This document shows positions 62,050 through 64,000 of a stretch of DNA of 64,000 bases, piece after piece (within the stretch, counting starts at the first letter, position 1; every line of letters starts with the position of its first letter). The position numbers were made by a program, and so were the translations under genes. The DNA comes from Phoronis australis. Taxonomy: Eukaryota > Animalia > Phoronida. The notes under the pieces are model-generated. The model was not told the DNA's origin. It saw nothing but the letters and a program-made list of their open reading frames with translations, and ran no database searches. The stretch lies in the NCBI GenBank assembly GCA_002633005.1, contig NMRA01000061.1:596373-660372 (forward strand). The letters are read 5' to 3'.

Positions 62050-62238
62050 AAAGTAACTGGCCTTGGCTTATTATCATTTGATGGCCTGGCCATCCATTCA
62101 GCCAAAAGTAGTTCCATAGGTGGCTTGTCAGCCACTTATTCACGCATGCTGACTCACAATATAGGCCTGATAAGAGTGAAGGTGGATAAATGCGGTGTTC
62201 CTACAGTTTCTTGTTGTAGTGGAAGGGTTCACGACATG
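62050..62238 (+). repeat. Right end of the CATG-ended element
   Basis: Matches 47665-47852 and ends ...gttcacgacatg. Confidence 0.85.
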
Positions 62239-62624
62239 TGTTTTCTGTTTGTATGACCCCATGACCCTTCAAACCCGAAATGTGAAATTTAATGTGCAAG
62301 TTGACACTTTTATTTTTCATTTTTACGAAGACAGTTGATGACTTTATATAAAACAGTAGCTATTTTACTTTGTAGTAGTTTCTGTAATTATTTACAATGT
62401 CACAAAAACTATGATTATTGGGGTATGTTCTGATAGTGGTTTTCAGTGAAAACTGGGGTACCCGACTTTTAAGCTAACAAACGCGATAGAATTCGTTTAA
62501 AGTGCATTTTAGTAATTACCATAAGAAAGTAAACAAAAATGCATAATATGATCCAAATCCGTCACAAAGGGTTCATCTCCCATGTATGGATTTTTGCCTT
62601 GTTTGAAGTGTACTGCACACTTAA

Positions 62625-64000
62625 GAGGCATTATCTGAGAAAACCTGCAAAATTGCAAAATGTTGGCGGAGGCACTTTCATCAATTAAGTTGTTACTTTG
62701 CACACCAATTTGTATTCACATATGGATAACTAAATCACGTCTGTTTTTATCTGGAGTCATTCTATAAAAAAATAATTAATACCTTCCGTCGTGGTTTTTT
62801 CACACACAGGACAAGAATGTCCAAAAGACAAAAAGAATGCCAAAACTCACAGAGCTGGAAGCCAGTTTGTGACTTTGAATGATCATAATTAGTGGAATTG
62901 AAGCCATTGCTGTGCTTGGGAATTGATTTCGTTGAGCATCTGTGTAAATTTGTATATCATCTCGACCTTTTGTTGACGCACTAAAATTGACCGAACGTCA
63001 CTTCAGTTAGGCCTTGGTTTGGCTTAGTAAATCCCGAAGTTTTCCGATAGTAGAAGTCCGATTATGAAAAAGTGGTTCCAAATTATATTTAAAAAATGGT
63101 GTCTTAGTACAGAATAAACTTTATTGTTCACCGTAATACTATTTGAACTGTGGGATAATTCATCCTTTTTTGACAATCCGACTTTATTCGGAGACACTTT
63201 CGCATAATTGTCTTGACAATTATCAGCGAAGGTCGATGTCACGTGACATACCGAAACTCATCAAATTGCGTATTATAATAAAAACAGAGCATAAAATTAC
63301 AATTTGTCTCTGTATCATTCTTCATAATGAATTATGTGTAGAATAAAGTTATATTTGAATAAAATAATTAGAGTTTAACTGAAATTACAACAAGAATTTT
63401 AGTTTTGAGAGTACAAGGGAAGGAAGACACAAGAATGGCGACCCTTGTGGGTACTTGTTGCTCATTTTCTACAAAATCCACAGTAAATTGTTCTGAAGTC
63501 GGGGGTGAAAAGAATCTGACGAGTGTTATGAGCTGTGACAGAGATGTTTCCAAATATCTGCGGTACATAAAGATGTCGGAGGACGTAACGGAGTGGAAAC
63601 TTCTGTTGAACAGAGCTGTATTTGACGAGGGCTCGGCTGATGAACTGACGGTATGTCCCCTTCATAGGAACAAGTTTGGTGTAGAGTTCTTCCCATCTAA
63701 CCTCTGTGCCTACCCAGATCATGGAGGGAAGAAGAAGAGGCGTCCTAAAGCTCCGTGAGGTTGACGCGCAATGAATTTAGCTATGTTGTTGTTAGAGGAA
63801 ATAAAAAGTGAGAGAAATGTGATACTGCCCGTTGGATCAGGTATGCATTGTTTAATTCTGGATACATGGCAAGATATAGGGTAGAGTGAAAACGTGCATT
63901 TTAAAATGTGTCGGTTTTTGATGGTGACCACATGGACCGCCGCGCCTGGAGACTTTTTGTAGATAGCTGGGAGACGAGTAGGGACTGTACACCGGCCCGC
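62625..64000 (+). mobile_element. Left part of a probable Sola3-like DNA transposon with a Cys/His-rich first coding exon (63435-63841)
   Basis: TTAA|GAG start; MATLVGTCCSF...SCDRDV...LLLNR...VCPLHR...CAYPDH...LPVGS|gtatgc, with in-frame stops. Confidence 0.4.

Noticed and set aside
1-64000. tRNA/rRNA genes and the remaining 60-130-aa ORFs
   Set aside because: No cloverleaf or rRNA signature seen; the ORFs overlap repeats, often start at non-ATG codons and lack recognisable motifs

Overview
AT-rich animal (most likely marine invertebrate) genomic DNA with spliceosomal introns and no prokaryotic organisation. Most ORFs in the supplied track are chance ORFs or transposon relics. Two host genes can be rebuilt completely, both on the minus strand. 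One is a 3-exon ChaC-family (CHAC2-like) glutathione-specific gamma-glutamylcyclotransferase (38357->35895, 187 aa). The other is a 3-exon GPI-anchored Ly6/three-finger (quiver/sleepless-like) gene (18776->11904, 120 aa). The first exon of a tandem Ly6 paralog is at 4351-4393, inside an old local duplication (~0.9-7.2 kb vs ~13.65-22.2 kb). The rest is a dense, often nested set of decayed elements: two Kolobok-type elements carrying THAP and KolX/P2X7-ballast-like relics, an Academ, a hAT, a P-like THAP element, Sola-like elements, a locally amplified ~1.5-kb CATG-ended element, Penelope, LOA/I-group RNase H fragments, a CR1/L2-group LINE with a 2A-like motif, and many MITEs. The best leads are: a Kolobok with inward-facing THAP genes at both ends; a perfect Nrf2-type ARE carried by four transposon ends upstream of the glutathione-degrading gene; a 50/51-bp palindrome-core array with one flipped unit; and two 152-bp elements inserted in opposite orientation 44 bp apart in a Penelope ORF. 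I found no convincing new multi-gene system. Family assignments come from motifs recognised by eye, not from database searches.
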